Shown: piece after piece, positions 1-9,239 of the stretch
How the letters are laid out: every line of letters begins with the position of its first letter
How positions within the stretch are numbered: position 1 is the stretch's first letter
Assembly (NCBI RefSeq): GCF_000027325.1
Contig: NC_000908.2
Location: 548,077 to 580,076 of the forward strand
Source of the DNA: Mycoplasmoides genitalium G37
GTDB taxonomy: Bacteria; Bacillota_I; Bacilli_A; Mycoplasmatales; Mycoplasmoidaceae
Direction: 5' to 3'
DNA: 32,000 nucleotides
Position numbers and translations under genes: made by a program
Notes under the pieces: model-generated
Seen by the model: the letters and a program-made list of their open reading frames with translations, nothing else
Told to the model about the DNA's origin: nothing
Databases searched by the model: none

Positions 1-775
1 AAGAACCAATTAGAATAGCAATAATCAGAATAAAACTATTTACATAAAAAAGAATTGATCCTACTGATCTATTTTTCTTACGAGCATAATATTGGGTTAA
101 GAAGTCCGCTCCCCCAGCAGAACCACCTAGTATGTAAAGTAATGAAACTGATATGCCATTATAAAAACCATAAATAGCTGCATAAATAAATGTGGAAATA
201 ATTACATTACCTTGGGAAGTATCACTTCATAAAAAAGGGACAAAACCGGCACTTTGATTTAAATCTTTCGCTGCTTTTCAAAAGTTAGTATCTGTTATAG
301 AAGCTAACATTGGTGGTAAATTATCAGAACCTGGAATAATACTGATTAAAAAACCAAATACGTTAGATGCAACAACAAAATGGGTTGAAAGAATAGTAAA
401 GTTTTTACCTATTTTTTTATAAGAAAAAATAATTAAAGGGATGTTGATAAAGACATATAAAAGCCAGTAAAGGATGTTAAAAATTAATAATCTTTGAGTT
501 TCATCAAAACTTTTTAACAAAACAAACACTAATCTAGCAAAACCTTGAGTTAAAGAACTAATTCCAAAGCTATATAAACCTGTTTTTTGAATAAAAATAA
601 GTAAAAGAAAAGCATTAATAATTGATAGTAAGTAAACTAATACATACTTTAATGGTTTTTTAGCCTCATAAAGATTGCTAAACATCAAAAAAGAGTTAGA
701 AATCCTTACGCGTTTAGAACCAGATGCGACTGTTATCTTTGATTCTTTTTTAAATAAGTTGTTAAAAAATTTCAT
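1..775 (-). CDS. Polytopic membrane protein, 3' end cut by the window edge (YitT/DUF161-like, tentative)
   Basis: Track ORF 278..784 stops at TGA (278-280). I read the same frame down to base 2 and found no TAA/TAG, so under code 4 the gene runs off the left edge. The sequence is strongly hydrophobic with multiple helices (e.g. GLYSFGISSLTQGFARLVFVLL). The track start at 784 is TTG; I prefer ATG 773-775 (MKFFNNLFKK). Family assignment is by eye only. Confidence 0.6.
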
Positions 776-790
776 TTGTAACAAACTTTT

Positions 791-1150
791 TTAAGACTTT
801 TTTTCTTTAATTTTTGCTGACTTACCAGATCTTTCACGCATATAAGAGATGTATGCTCTTCTTACTTTACCCCTGCGTTTTACTTCTATGTCTATATTAG
901 GGTTGTGGATTTGAAAGTTTTTTTCAATAGGAATTCCATCAGTGGTTTTTCTTACCATGAAAGTTTCGCTAATCCCTCTTCCCCTTCTTCTTAAAACAGT
1001 TCCAGTGAAGTTTTGAACTCGAACTTTTTCTTTTTCACGTAACTTAATAGCAACATTAACTTCATCTCCTGCTCCAAATTCAGGAACATATTCCTTTAAC
1101 TGTTTTTGTTCTACTGCATCAATTAATGCTTGTTTATTTATTTTTTTCAT
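791..1150 (-). CDS. rplS: 50S ribosomal protein L19 (bL19)
   Basis: 119-aa ORF with ATG 1148-1150 and TAA 791-793. The sequence GDEVNVAIKLREKEKVRVQNFTGTVLRRRGRGISETFMVRK is characteristic of L19. Confidence 0.97.
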   Translation of the reverse strand: MKKINKQALIDAVEQKQLKEYVPEFGAGDEVNVAIKLREKEKVRVQNFTGTVLRRRGRGISETFMVRKTTDGIPIEKNFQIHNPNIDIEVKRRGKVRRAYISYMRERSGKSAKIKEKKS

Positions 1151-1829
1151 TTTTATTTTCTAAGTATTTTTTGTATAAATCAGGTCTGTATTTTGCAGTT
1201 TTTAAGATTTGCTGTTCTTTACGAAATGATTCAATCTTTTGGTGATCTCCTGAAAGTAAAACTTCAGGAACTTTATCGCCTTTTAAATCGTATGGCCTTG
1301 TATAAACAGGAAAATCTAATAGATTATCATTGAATGATTCACAAATAAGACTCTGATCATTAATAACTCCTTTAATTAATCTAACAGTAGCATCAATAAC
1401 ACTTAGTGCTACAAGTTCCCCACCACTTAAAACAAAATCACCTAAAGAAACAATTTGATCAATATATTTATAAATTCTTTGATCAAAACCTTCATAGTGA
1501 CCAGATAACAAAATTAAGTGTTCGTATTTTGTAAGTTTTTTAGCACAATTCTGAGAAAATTGTTCACCTTCTGGGGAGAGTAAAACTACATGAGAATTTG
1601 GGGCTTTATAAAAATTTAAACAATTAATAATAGGTTCAGCTTTTAAAACCATGCCACTTCCTCCACCATAAGCCATATCATCCACAGTTTTATGTTTATC
1701 ATTGCAAAAATTTCTTCAATTTACTACTTCAAATTGAACTAAATTTGCTTTTTGAGCTTGTAACATAATAGAACTATTTAAGTAAGGCCAAATAGTGTTT
1801 TCAAAAAGTGTTAAAACAGTGATTTTCAC
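1134..1829 (-). CDS. trmD: tRNA (guanine37-N1)-methyltransferase TrmD
   Basis: The track shows only 183 aa from an internal GTG. The frame continues upstream through TGA 1716-1718 to GTG 1827-1829. This gives the N-terminus VKITVLTLFENTIWPYL, the TrmD-type MKI.VLTLFPE pattern. The AYGGGSGMVLK loop is present. 231 aa, TAA 1134-1136, overlapping the rplS start by 17 nt. Confidence 0.93.
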
Positions 1830-2116
1830 TACTTTTTAGGACTTGTTTCTTTCTTATTTTTACTTTCAATAAATTTCTTCCACAAACCAGATTCACTAAA
1901 TAAAGAACGGACTGTATCAGTTGGAATTGCCCCTTTATTAAGTCAATCTAAGGCAACAGTTTCATCTAATTTACACTTATTTTCCTTTAAAGCTGGATTT
2001 AGATGTCCAATTAAAGCGATATACTTTCCATTACGCTTTACTCGCGAATCAACCGCTACTATTCTATAAAGCGGATAGTGTACTCTTCCCATCCGCATCA
2101 ATCTTATTTTGACCAA
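1829..2116 (-). CDS. rpsP: 30S ribosomal protein S16 (bS16)
   Basis: Missing from the track because of a TTG start, one in-frame TGA and pieces under 60 aa. Hand translation gives MVKIRLMRMGRVHYPLYRIVAVDSRVKRNGKYIALIGHLNPALKENKCKLDETVALDWLNKGAIPTDTVRSLFSESGLWKKFIESKNKKETSPKK (95 aa). TTG 2114-2116, TAG 1829-1831. Confidence 0.92.
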
Positions 2117-2142
2117 TGATTTTTTTCTTAATAAAGCGGCTA

Positions 2143-2148
2143 ATTATA
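2143..2148 (-). promoter_or_regulatory. Candidate -10 box (TATAAT on the minus strand) for the rpsP-trmD-rplS operon
   Basis: Plus-strand attata at 2143-2148 reads TATAAT on the minus strand. It lies 27 nt upstream of the rpsP TTG start, at the edge of the only large non-coding gap. No -35 element was assessed. Confidence 0.3.
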
Positions 2149-2210
2149 ACTTTTTAAAGTTCTATTTTATCTATGCTTAAGAATAACTTAATCAGCTATT
2201 TTTTATTCGT

Positions 2211-2640
2211 CTAGTTAATAAATTTAATCATCCAATAAGGCCCGATTTTCATTTTGCATGTCATCTGCAAACTCATTATTTTTTTAGATAAATAAGTTCT
2301 TATCTTTATATCTAACAAAGTCTTAATTATTTTCTGTTGTTTAGCATATTATTTTAAGGCGTTAAACTTGTTTTCAGAATTAATGATGAAATAGTTGTTT
2401 TGCTATTCACAATAGCAAAACTTAAATTTGAATTATGTTTTTGTTTATTAATCTGTTCAATATGTTCTTCTCAAATTAACCTATATTTTTATCGGTTAAT
2501 TCTTTTTTAATTTCATATAAGTAGATTAATGTAGTTCCACTATTAACAAATTTTTGTTTATTTTTAAGGAATTCCAATAGTTTTTGTCACTTTCATTTGG
2601 GAGGAGAGATTTACCATTTTTAATTGAATTAATTACAAAA
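2211..2640 (-). pseudogene. Decayed gene remnant, possibly a type I restriction-modification specificity subunit (hsdS-like)
   Basis: No intact ORF exists in any frame even under code 4. The minus strand carries 35-46 codon open pieces in three different frames. They read FVINSIKNGKSLLPNESDKNYWNSLKINKNLL, LLEFLKNKQKFVNSGTTLIYLYEIKKELTDKNIG, WEEHIEQINKQKHNSNLSFAIVNSKTTISSLILKTSLTP and AKQQKIIKTLLDIKIRTYLSKKI. The G-x-S...YWN and EQxKI...L..I.. patterns resemble HsdS target-recognition and conserved coiled-coil regions. Judged by eye only. Confidence 0.35.
2397..2421. repeat. Perfect inverted repeat (hairpin) inside the non-coding gap
   Basis: gttttgcta (2397-2405) pairs perfectly with tagcaaaac (2413-2421). 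t2406/a2412 can extend the stem to 10 bp with a 5-nt loop. No U-run follows on the minus strand, and only a loosely T-rich tail follows on the plus strand. Confidence 0.5.
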
Positions 2641-2726
2641 TTTTTTTTAACAAATAATTAGTTGTTTAATAATCGAAATTATTAATTAGTTTTTTTAGCA
2701 TTCATACTGTAATTGGATTTTTCTAA

Positions 2727-4370
2727 TTATGAGTACTTTTCAATAAATTTGACCAACTTATTTTGTGGTGGATTAGCGAAATATTTATCCATAAACAGAT
2801 TAGTGTGAATTTGACCAAAAGCAATATTAATTAAACCTGCTAAGGCAGCATTTGCAGTTAACAATCAAATAAAAACTTCAATGTTATTTGTTTGAAGTGT
2901 TATTGCTTGAAAAATAAAAAGTAAAGGAATAAATACAAACAATCCGTGTGTTAAAGAGACAATTCAAGAATAAAGCACTCTGTTAGTATTTTGAAAATAT
3001 TGTTGACTATTAGCGCCTGTGGCTACAAAGAAAACTTGTGCTTGCACTATTAATGAAAAGTAATTTGCTAAATCCAAATTTTGATCTGAAACATCAAAAA
3101 AACTAGATAAGATCTGTTTTCCAAAAGCAACTGCTGTTAACAAATAGATTAAACTACCGAACGATATACAGATAATAACTGTATAAATGTTAATTTTTTT
3201 AATTTCATCATATTTTTTTTGTCCAAACTTATATGATGAAACTGTTCTAACTCCTTGTAATAAACCAAAAATAGCTGCTGAAGCTAAATTACTAATAGCA
3301 ATAGGTCCAGTTAAAAGTGTCAGATAAAAAACATCATTTTTATCAGTAGTTGCTTTTGTCAAATTAACCAAAAAACTCTCATAAAATGTAGTAACAATAG
3401 AAAGTGATCCATTTCTAAAAAAGGATGCCATTCCTATTAATGAAACTACAACTAGTAGATTAAAGTCAATTTTGTTTAATTTAATAGTTTTAAAAGTTAA
3501 ATAAGTAAGATTTCTTTTGTTTAAATAAATTAGATAAATAATATAAGCTAAAAAATTAATTAAGTATCCTAGTATTCCAGCCACAGCTGATCCTATTACT
3601 CCTAAAGAAGAATATCTAACTAATAAAAAAACTATTAATATGTTAATCAAATTAGCAATAGGCGGAACAATTGCAATAAAAAGTTGTCTTCCCTCTGATT
3701 GTGCTAAATAAAAAAACAACCTTGAAAGCATAGGAATGATGTTAAGACCAATCAAAATATAAACATATTCAGATGCTACATCAATAGCCTTTTTGTTAAA
3801 AAACTGTTGGAAGCTATTAGCTTGAAAATTTTGTTCAAAACTTGATTGATCAAGATTATAATGCAACCATTCTTTTGCAAAAGATAAAACCAAAAATTGG
3901 GTAATTAGTCCAAATACAGTTGTTGATATTAATCCGGTATTTCAAGCTTCCTGAATTTTATTTTGATCATTTCTACCAATTGCTTTAGAAAAAATAACTC
4001 CAGTTCCTAGAGGAATAAAAATATTAATGGCGTTTAACAAAACAATCAAAGGTTGACTAATATTTAAAACAGTTTTAATAAATTGTTTAATATTAAGTCC
4101 AGAGCTTAAAAAACTATCACTTTTATAAAAAGCAGAATTTTTAAATTCATCAATTAAACTCTGATCAGTAAAAATAGAATCAGGATTAAGTTCACTTCTA
4201 GGAACAAACTTAATCACCATGATTTGATCTATAAATACATAAGCAGCACTAAAAAGTGCAAAGAAAAAAGTTGGAACAGTAAATCTAAGAATAGTTAGAA
4301 AAAGCTGTTTTGATTCAAAAACATTTTTAATTAGGAGTTGTTTTTCAAAACGATCCCTTTTACTGTTCAC
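2727..4370 (-). CDS. MOP-superfamily (MATE/MurJ-like) polytopic membrane transporter
   Basis: Track pieces 2964..3893 and 3942..4370 share one frame. They join and extend through TGA at 3942, 2964 and 2865 to a real TAA at 2727-2729 (547 aa). There are many hydrophobic helices. The N-terminal region (LTILRFTVPTFFFALFSAAYVFIDQIMV) resembles MATE-type transporters. GTG start 4368-4370 lies directly after the msrB TAA. Confidence 0.7.
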
Positions 4371-4823
4371 TTATTTATTTTTAAAAAGATGGATGTAATC
4401 CTTGTATCCTAATTTTTCCATCTCTTCAAAAGGAATAAATTTTAAAGCTGCAGAATTAATACAATAGCGCAATCCACCTAATTCACTCGGTCCATCATTA
4501 AAAACATGTCCCAAGTGGCTATCACTGTTTTTAGCACGAACTTCAGTTCTTATCATTCCGTGAGATTCATCACGGTAGTTAGCAATTAAATTTTTATCAA
4601 TGGGTTTTGAAAAAGCAGGTCAACCACAACCAGATTTAAATTTATCAGTTGAAATAAAAAGTGGTTCACCAGATGTTATATCAACATAAATTCCCTTTTC
4701 AAAATTGCGGTTATATTCATTAATGTAAGGTGGCTCAGTGTGAGCATTTTGCGTTACATCAAACTGGAGTTTGGTTAAAGTACGTTTTAGCTCAGCTTCA
4801 CTCTTTTTTTGGTATTTACTCAT
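4371..4823 (-). CDS. msrB: Peptide methionine (R)-S-oxide reductase MsrB
   Basis: Track pieces 4371..4556 and 4620..4823 share one frame. TGA 4620-4622 supplies the Trp of the conserved SGCGWPAF motif. GHVFNDGP and RYCINSAAL motifs are present. 150 aa. Confidence 0.93.
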
Positions 4824-5221
4824 TTGGAATGTTGTTTATTTAAATATACATCAATAAATGGTTTTCCTACTTTGATCTTAGGATTAATCTCAATTATACC
4901 CTCATTTTTCTGTTTTAAATTAAGTTCTTTTTCAGAACATAACATGCCAACTGAATCAAAACCAGCTATTTTAGTTTTTTTGATAACTGTACCGCTAGGT
5001 AACACTCCACCTACTTGTACTAAAACTGTTTTCATACCAACTCTAACATTATTAGCTCCACAAACAATATCCAAGCTTTTTGTCAAACCAGTGTTAACTT
5101 TACACCTTTTTAGATGGGTGTTTGCAATAGGAATAACTGAAACAACTTCACAAACAACAAAAGGAACTTTATTTGCTAATGAAATAAGATCATAACCTAA
5201 AAGCTCACTTATTCTTTTCAT
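4787..5221 (-). CDS. tRNA-binding (OB-fold, CsaA/Trbp111/PheT-N-like) domain protein; C-terminal two thirds of a YtpR-like protein
   Basis: ATG 5219-5221. Domain signature: [40 protein letters not shown]...[14 protein letters not shown]. The track stop at 4820-4822 is TGA, and under code 4 the frame continues to TAA 4787-4789 (..[15 protein letters not shown]). This overlaps the msrB start by 37 nt. 144 aa. Confidence 0.8.
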
Positions 5222-5241
5222 TATTTTTAATGAAGGATAGT

Positions 5242-5472
5242 TTAGACCTTCATTAAAGCGGTGTGATAAAAAAACTTCTTAAAACTTTTTTTGATATTAA
5301 AAAAGTTAAAACCAGTAATTCTATTTGCATCATTAACAAAAAAACTTCAGTCTTTGTCATTTTGTTGGCGTAAAGTTGTTTCACTTCTACTTCCTATGAT
5401 GCCAAACATACAGTTTTTTAATGTTTCTTTACGATAAAAGATAGAAACAAAATCTTTAGATATATCAAACAT
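5242..5472 (-). CDS. 76-codon ORF resembling the N-terminal domain of YtpR-like proteins, out of frame with the downstream tRNA-binding ORF
   Basis: ATG 5470-5472 to TAA 5242-5244 with one TGA (5347-5349); not in the track. Sequence: MFDISKDFVSIFYRKETLKNCMFGIIGSRSETTLRQQNDKDWSFFVNDANRITGFNFFNIKKSFKKFFYHTAL... The TGFN.FN segment resembles B. subtilis YtpR (from memory). The two frames meet at a T7 run (plus-strand A7 at 5268-5274). Confidence 0.5.
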
Positions 5473-5481
5473 AAAAGTTAG

Positions 5482-6354
5482 TTATTCTGTTTGTATTAAA
5501 AAGGCATAACTATTGATACCTGTGTGTGTACAAATTACAGGTGAAAGCAAGTGCTCACTTACATCAACTGCATTGTTGAGAAGCGTAACAAATTCTTGCT
5601 TTATGAGTTGATTTTTATCAGTTTCAAACATTGTTGTCAACAAAGCCGCTCTTCTGAAATTAACTTCTTTTTTTAATAGCTTTTTTTCTAAAAATTGAAC
5701 TGCTAACTTATGAGCACTGCTAGCAGATTGTGCTTTGTTAAAAAACTGCAATTTGCCTGTTTCACCAAGGAAACTAATTAAGAGATGAAATTTAAAGCTT
5801 TTGATAATAAATGACTTTAAATTAGATAATCTTCCTCCAGCTACTAACGGTTTTGTATCAGTTACAAATAAAATTGCACCGCACTTATTACGGAAGTTAT
5901 AAACAAATTCATCTAAGCCTGCTCTTGAATACTGGTTGTTTTTAAGTCAAACCTTAATATCACTAATCAATCAAGCTATTAAAACTTCAACTATTCTGCT
6001 ATCTAAAACATGAAACTTGTCTTCAAATTCCTTTTCAACAATCTTTCAATTTAAATAGGAGGTTGAGATCTCTTTATCAATAGGGATTCCTATGATAAGA
6101 TCATAATCATTAATTATGCTCTTAACTTTGTCACGAACCTCTTCTTCAGAAGTTTGTGATGTTGAAAACTTAACACCTTTAGGGGCGTTAATCATCTTAT
6201 CAGTTAAGGTTTTAAGATCAATGTTAAAACCTGATTTGAATGTTTCTTGGTGTTCAGCAATTGTTTCAATAATATAAAGCGGTAAAACATAGAGATGACT
6301 ATTTTTATCTTCCTTTAGATTACTGACAGAATCAACTAAAAAAGCGATCCTCAC
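5482..6354 (-). CDS. DegV-family (fatty-acid-binding) protein
   Basis: Track pieces 5482..5751 and 6046..6354 plus the unlisted middle form one frame (TGA at 6046, 5971, 5947). I checked it codon by codon and found no TAA/TAG. The N-terminus (V)[12 protein letters not shown] is typical of DegV. 290 aa. GTG 6352-6354 shares one base with the tuf TAG. Confidence 0.85.
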
Positions 6355-7538
6355 TATTCTAGAACTTCTGTTACAGTGCCTGCCCCTACAGTTCTACCAC
6401 CTTCACGAATTGAGAACTTACTACCTTTTTCACAAGCGATAGGAGCAATTAACTCAACAGTAATAGAAGCATTATCACCAGGTAGAACCATTTCAGTATT
6501 TTCAGCTAAAGCAATAGAACCAGTTACATCAGTGGTACGGAAATAGAATTGAGGACGGTAACCGTTTAAAAAACCAGTGTGTCTACCACCTTCTTCTTTC
6601 TTTAAAGCATAGATCTCAGCTTTAAATTTCTTGTGCGGTTTAATAGAGCCTGGTTTTGCTAAAACTTGACCTCTTTCAACTTCTTTACGTTCAACACCAC
6701 GTAATAATACCCCAGCATTGTCACCAGCCATTGCTGAATCAAGTTCCTTTTTGAACATTTCAATTCCAGTAACAACTGCTTTTCTAATTGGTTTTAAACC
6801 AACAATTTCAACTTCTTGACCTACTTTGAGTTCACCTCTTTCAACTCTTCCTGTAACAACTGTACCTCTACCAGTAATGGTCATCGTATCTTCAATTGCT
6901 AATAAGAAAGGTTTATCTACTTCACGTGTAGGAGTTGGAATCCATTCATCAACTGCTTTAATCAAATCATGGATCTTAGCCTCCCACTTTGGATCACCTT
7001 CCAATGCTTTTAAAGCTGAGCCATAAATAATAGGAGTGTTCTTACCATCAAAACCATAGGAAGTTAACAGATCACGTACTTCTTCAGCAACAAGTTCTTG
7101 TACCTCTTCATCACTAGCAATATCACACTTGTTTAGAAAAACTACCATTTTAGGAACCCCTACTTGGCGGGCAAGTAAGATGTGCTCGCGGGTTTGGGGC
7201 ATCACACTATCAGTTGCTGAAACAACTAGAATAGCTCCATCCATTTGTGCAGCACCTGTGATCATATTTTTAATGTAGTCAGCATGTCCAGGACAGTCAA
7301 CATGGGCATAGTGACGTTTGTCAGAAGAATATTCTACGTGTGCAGAGTTAATTGTGATTCCCCTTGCTTTTTCTTCAGGGGCTTTATCAATTTCATCATA
7401 ACGCGTTGCAGCTGATTTTCCTTCCTTTGCTAAAACTGTACAGATAGCAGCTGTTAAAGTGGTTTTACCATGGTCAATGTGACCAATGGTACCAACATTG
7501 ACATGTGGTTTGGAACGGTCAAATTTCTCTCTTGCCAT
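6354..7538 (-). CDS. tuf: Elongation factor Tu
   Basis: Intact 394-aa ORF with [14 protein letters not shown] and NKCD GTPase motifs. ATG 7536-7538, TAG 6354-6356. Confidence 0.99.
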   Translation of the reverse strand: MAREKFDRSKPHVNVGTIGHIDHGKTTLTAAICTVLAKEGKSAATRYDEIDKAPEEKARGITINSAHVEYSSDKRHYAHVDCPGHADYIKNMITGAAQMDGAILVVSATDSVMPQTREHILLARQVGVPKMVVFLNKCDIASDEEVQELVAEEVRDLLTSYGFDGKNTPIIYGSALKALEGDPKWEAKIHDLIKAVDEWIPTPTREVDKPFLLAIEDTMTITGRGTVVTGRVERGELKVGQEVEIVGLKPIRKAVVTGIEMFKKELDSAMAGDNAGVLLRGVERKEVERGQVLAKPGSIKPHKKFKAEIYALKKEEGGRHTGFLNGYRPQFYFRTTDVTGSIALAENTEMVLPGDNASITVELIAPIACEKGSKFSIREGGRTVGAGTVTEVLE

Positions 7539-7590
7539 TTGTTTAAATTATGTTGTTAATTTTAAATAAGTTTAAGATAAGCTGGAGATA

Positions 7591-8376
7591 ATGCTTATAA
7601 TCTTCAAGGACTTAAATTTAGTGAAAACAAACAATTGCCAAATTATTGGCTGATGAAAACAACTTTCCTTACCACAAAAGACATTCTTAAGTTTCATTCC
7701 CTTATTTTTGGTCACTAGTGCTTTTGTTTTAACTGGAATTGTTGAAAGTCTTTTAACATTTGGAACTATTATTGAACAAATTGATAAATTCACTGATCAG
7801 ACTAATGTGATGTTATTAATTTATGCAGTTATCTACACTTTTAATCCAAAAAGTTGATTGTTAAAAAACCAACAATTCTTTTTAAGTGCATTAGCTTATA
7901 TATTATTTACTTTTATTGGCTATAACCTAATTTTGTCAATAGCTGGTATAGCTTATAAATCAACAAATCCATATAAGTTAACAAGTAGTATTTTTCTCCA
8001 TGTAATTGCACCAATAGCATTCTTCATAGCAAGTTTTATCAAAATAAAACATGAGAAAGATGTCAATATTAACATGTTCTTTAAAAGCCTATTATTATTC
8101 ATGATCTATCCTTTAATATATGGGCTTTATTTAGTAACTATTCCATATGTAAGGCATTATCTTTTTAATGGTAGGCCATCTACTTATACCATTTATGGCA
8201 GCATTACAAATACTAAAAATAATCCTTTTGCTTGATTAGTTGTATTTGCAGTTTTATTTATCTATTTCCCCTTGAGTTACTTAGCTATATATCTATTACA
8301 ACTTAAGTTAATAAAAAAAGCCATACAACCGCAATTTAATTTGCCTTTTACATTAAATAAATGAAAACAAAAATAA
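7591..8376 (+). CDS. Hypothetical multi-pass membrane protein
   Basis: Track ORF 7858..8235 is bounded by TGA on both sides. The frame is open from TAA 7573-7575 to TAA 8374-8376 (TGA at 7651, 7654, 7855, 8233, 8362). There are several hydrophobic helices. The start is uncertain: ATG 7591 (used here), or GTG 7621, which sits 20 nt after a plus-strand TATAAT at 7596-7601. The 3' end overlaps the galU start by 16 nt. Confidence 0.6.
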
Positions 8377-9239
8377 GAAAAGCAGTTATTCCTGCTGCTG
8401 GGTTGGGTGTTAGGTTACTACCAGCAACAAAAGCAATTCCCAAAGAGATGTTACCATTGGTAAATAAACCTACTATCCAATACATAGTAGAGGAAGCAGT
8501 TAAAAGTGGCATTGAACAGATTCTTGTCATTGTTTCATCCAAAAAAACAGCTATATTAGATCATTTTGATTATGATCTGATCTTAGAAAATGCCTTAATT
8601 CAAAAAAATAAATTGCAGGAGCATAAAGAGATTGAAGATATTGCTAATTTAGCACATATCTTTTTTGTTAGACAAAAAAATCAAGATGGTTTGGGAGATG
8701 CAATCTTGTTTGCTGAATCTTTTGTTGGTAATGAAGACTTTGCAGTATTGTTAGGTGATGATGTTGTTTTTAGTAAAGAACCTGCTTTAAAACAATGCTT
8801 GGAAGCTTATTATGAAACTAATTGTCAAACAATCGGTGTACAAGAAGTAGATCCTTGTCATGTTGATAAGTATGGAATTATCACCCCTGAAGGTGATTAC
8901 AAAAATAAAGATCTTATTAAGGTTTTAGCAATGACTGAAAAACCTAAACCAAAAGATGCTAAAAGTAATTTAGCAATCTTAGGGCGATATGTACTCAAAC
9001 CATCTATTTTCAAAGCACTTAGAAGTGTACCTTATGGAGTTGGTGGTGAGTTGCAACTAACTGATGGTTTAAATTTTTGTTTGAAAAATGAAAACTTTTA
9101 TGCAAGAAAGTTTACTGGTACTAGGTTTGATGTTGGCACAAAGAGTGGTTTTATTAAAGCAAATTTATTTACTGCTTTAAACAATAAAGATATTAGTAAA
9201 AAAGAAGTTTTAGAACTTTTAAATTTAGTTAAAGCTTAA
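8361..9239 (+). CDS. galU: UTP--glucose-1-phosphate uridylyltransferase
   Basis: Intact 292-aa ORF. The N-terminal KAVIPAAGLGVRLLPATKAIPKEMLP nucleotidyltransferase motif and the overall GalU pattern are present. Confidence 0.95.
   Translation: MKTKIRKAVIPAAGLGVRLLPATKAIPKEMLPLVNKPTIQYIVEEAVKSGIEQILVIVSSKKTAILDHFDYDLILENALIQKNKLQEHKEIEDIANLAHIFFVRQKNQDGLGDAILFAESFVGNEDFAVLLGDDVVFSKEPALKQCLEAYYETNCQTIGVQEVDPCHVDKYGIITPEGDYKNKDLIKVLAMTEKPKPKDAKSNLAILGRYVLKPSIFKALRSVPYGVGGELQLTDGLNFCLKNENFYARKFTGTRFDVGTKSGFIKANLFTALNNKDISKKEVLELLNLVKA

Noticed and set aside
1130-1333. Plus-strand 67-aa ORF (similar small antisense ORFs at 8348..8542, 11328..11513, 14839..15033 and 19362..19544)
   Set aside because: Each lies opposite a well-supported gene (trmD/rplS, galU, the 334-aa membrane protein, hpt, gltX). 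They are shadow ORFs.
1678-1686. DnaA-box-like nonamers: TCATCCACA at 1678-1686 and TTATCCGTG at 10074-10082
   Set aside because: They are single, imperfect, deep inside the trmD and tyrS coding sequences and far from dnaA. There is no clustering, so chance matches are expected.
2599-2607. PPKWKW reading of the remnant region (an alternative frame resembling the HsdS N-terminal LP.GW.W motif)
   Set aside because: It overlaps the frame giving IKNGKS...YWN, so both cannot be ancestral. I keep only the general call of an hsdS-like remnant and make no claim about which frame is original.
4809-5195. Plus-strand 128-aa ORF
   Set aside because: It is antisense shadow of the tRNA-binding domain gene, whose minus-strand frame has clear domain homology.
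6826-7026. Plus-strand 66-aa ORF inside tuf
   Set aside because: It is antisense to the highly conserved EF-Tu coding frame and has no independent support.
7572-7793. Minus-strand 73-aa ORF upstream of tuf
   Set aside because: It is antisense to the plus-strand membrane-protein gene, which is open for about 260 codons under code 4, and its sequence has no protein-like features.
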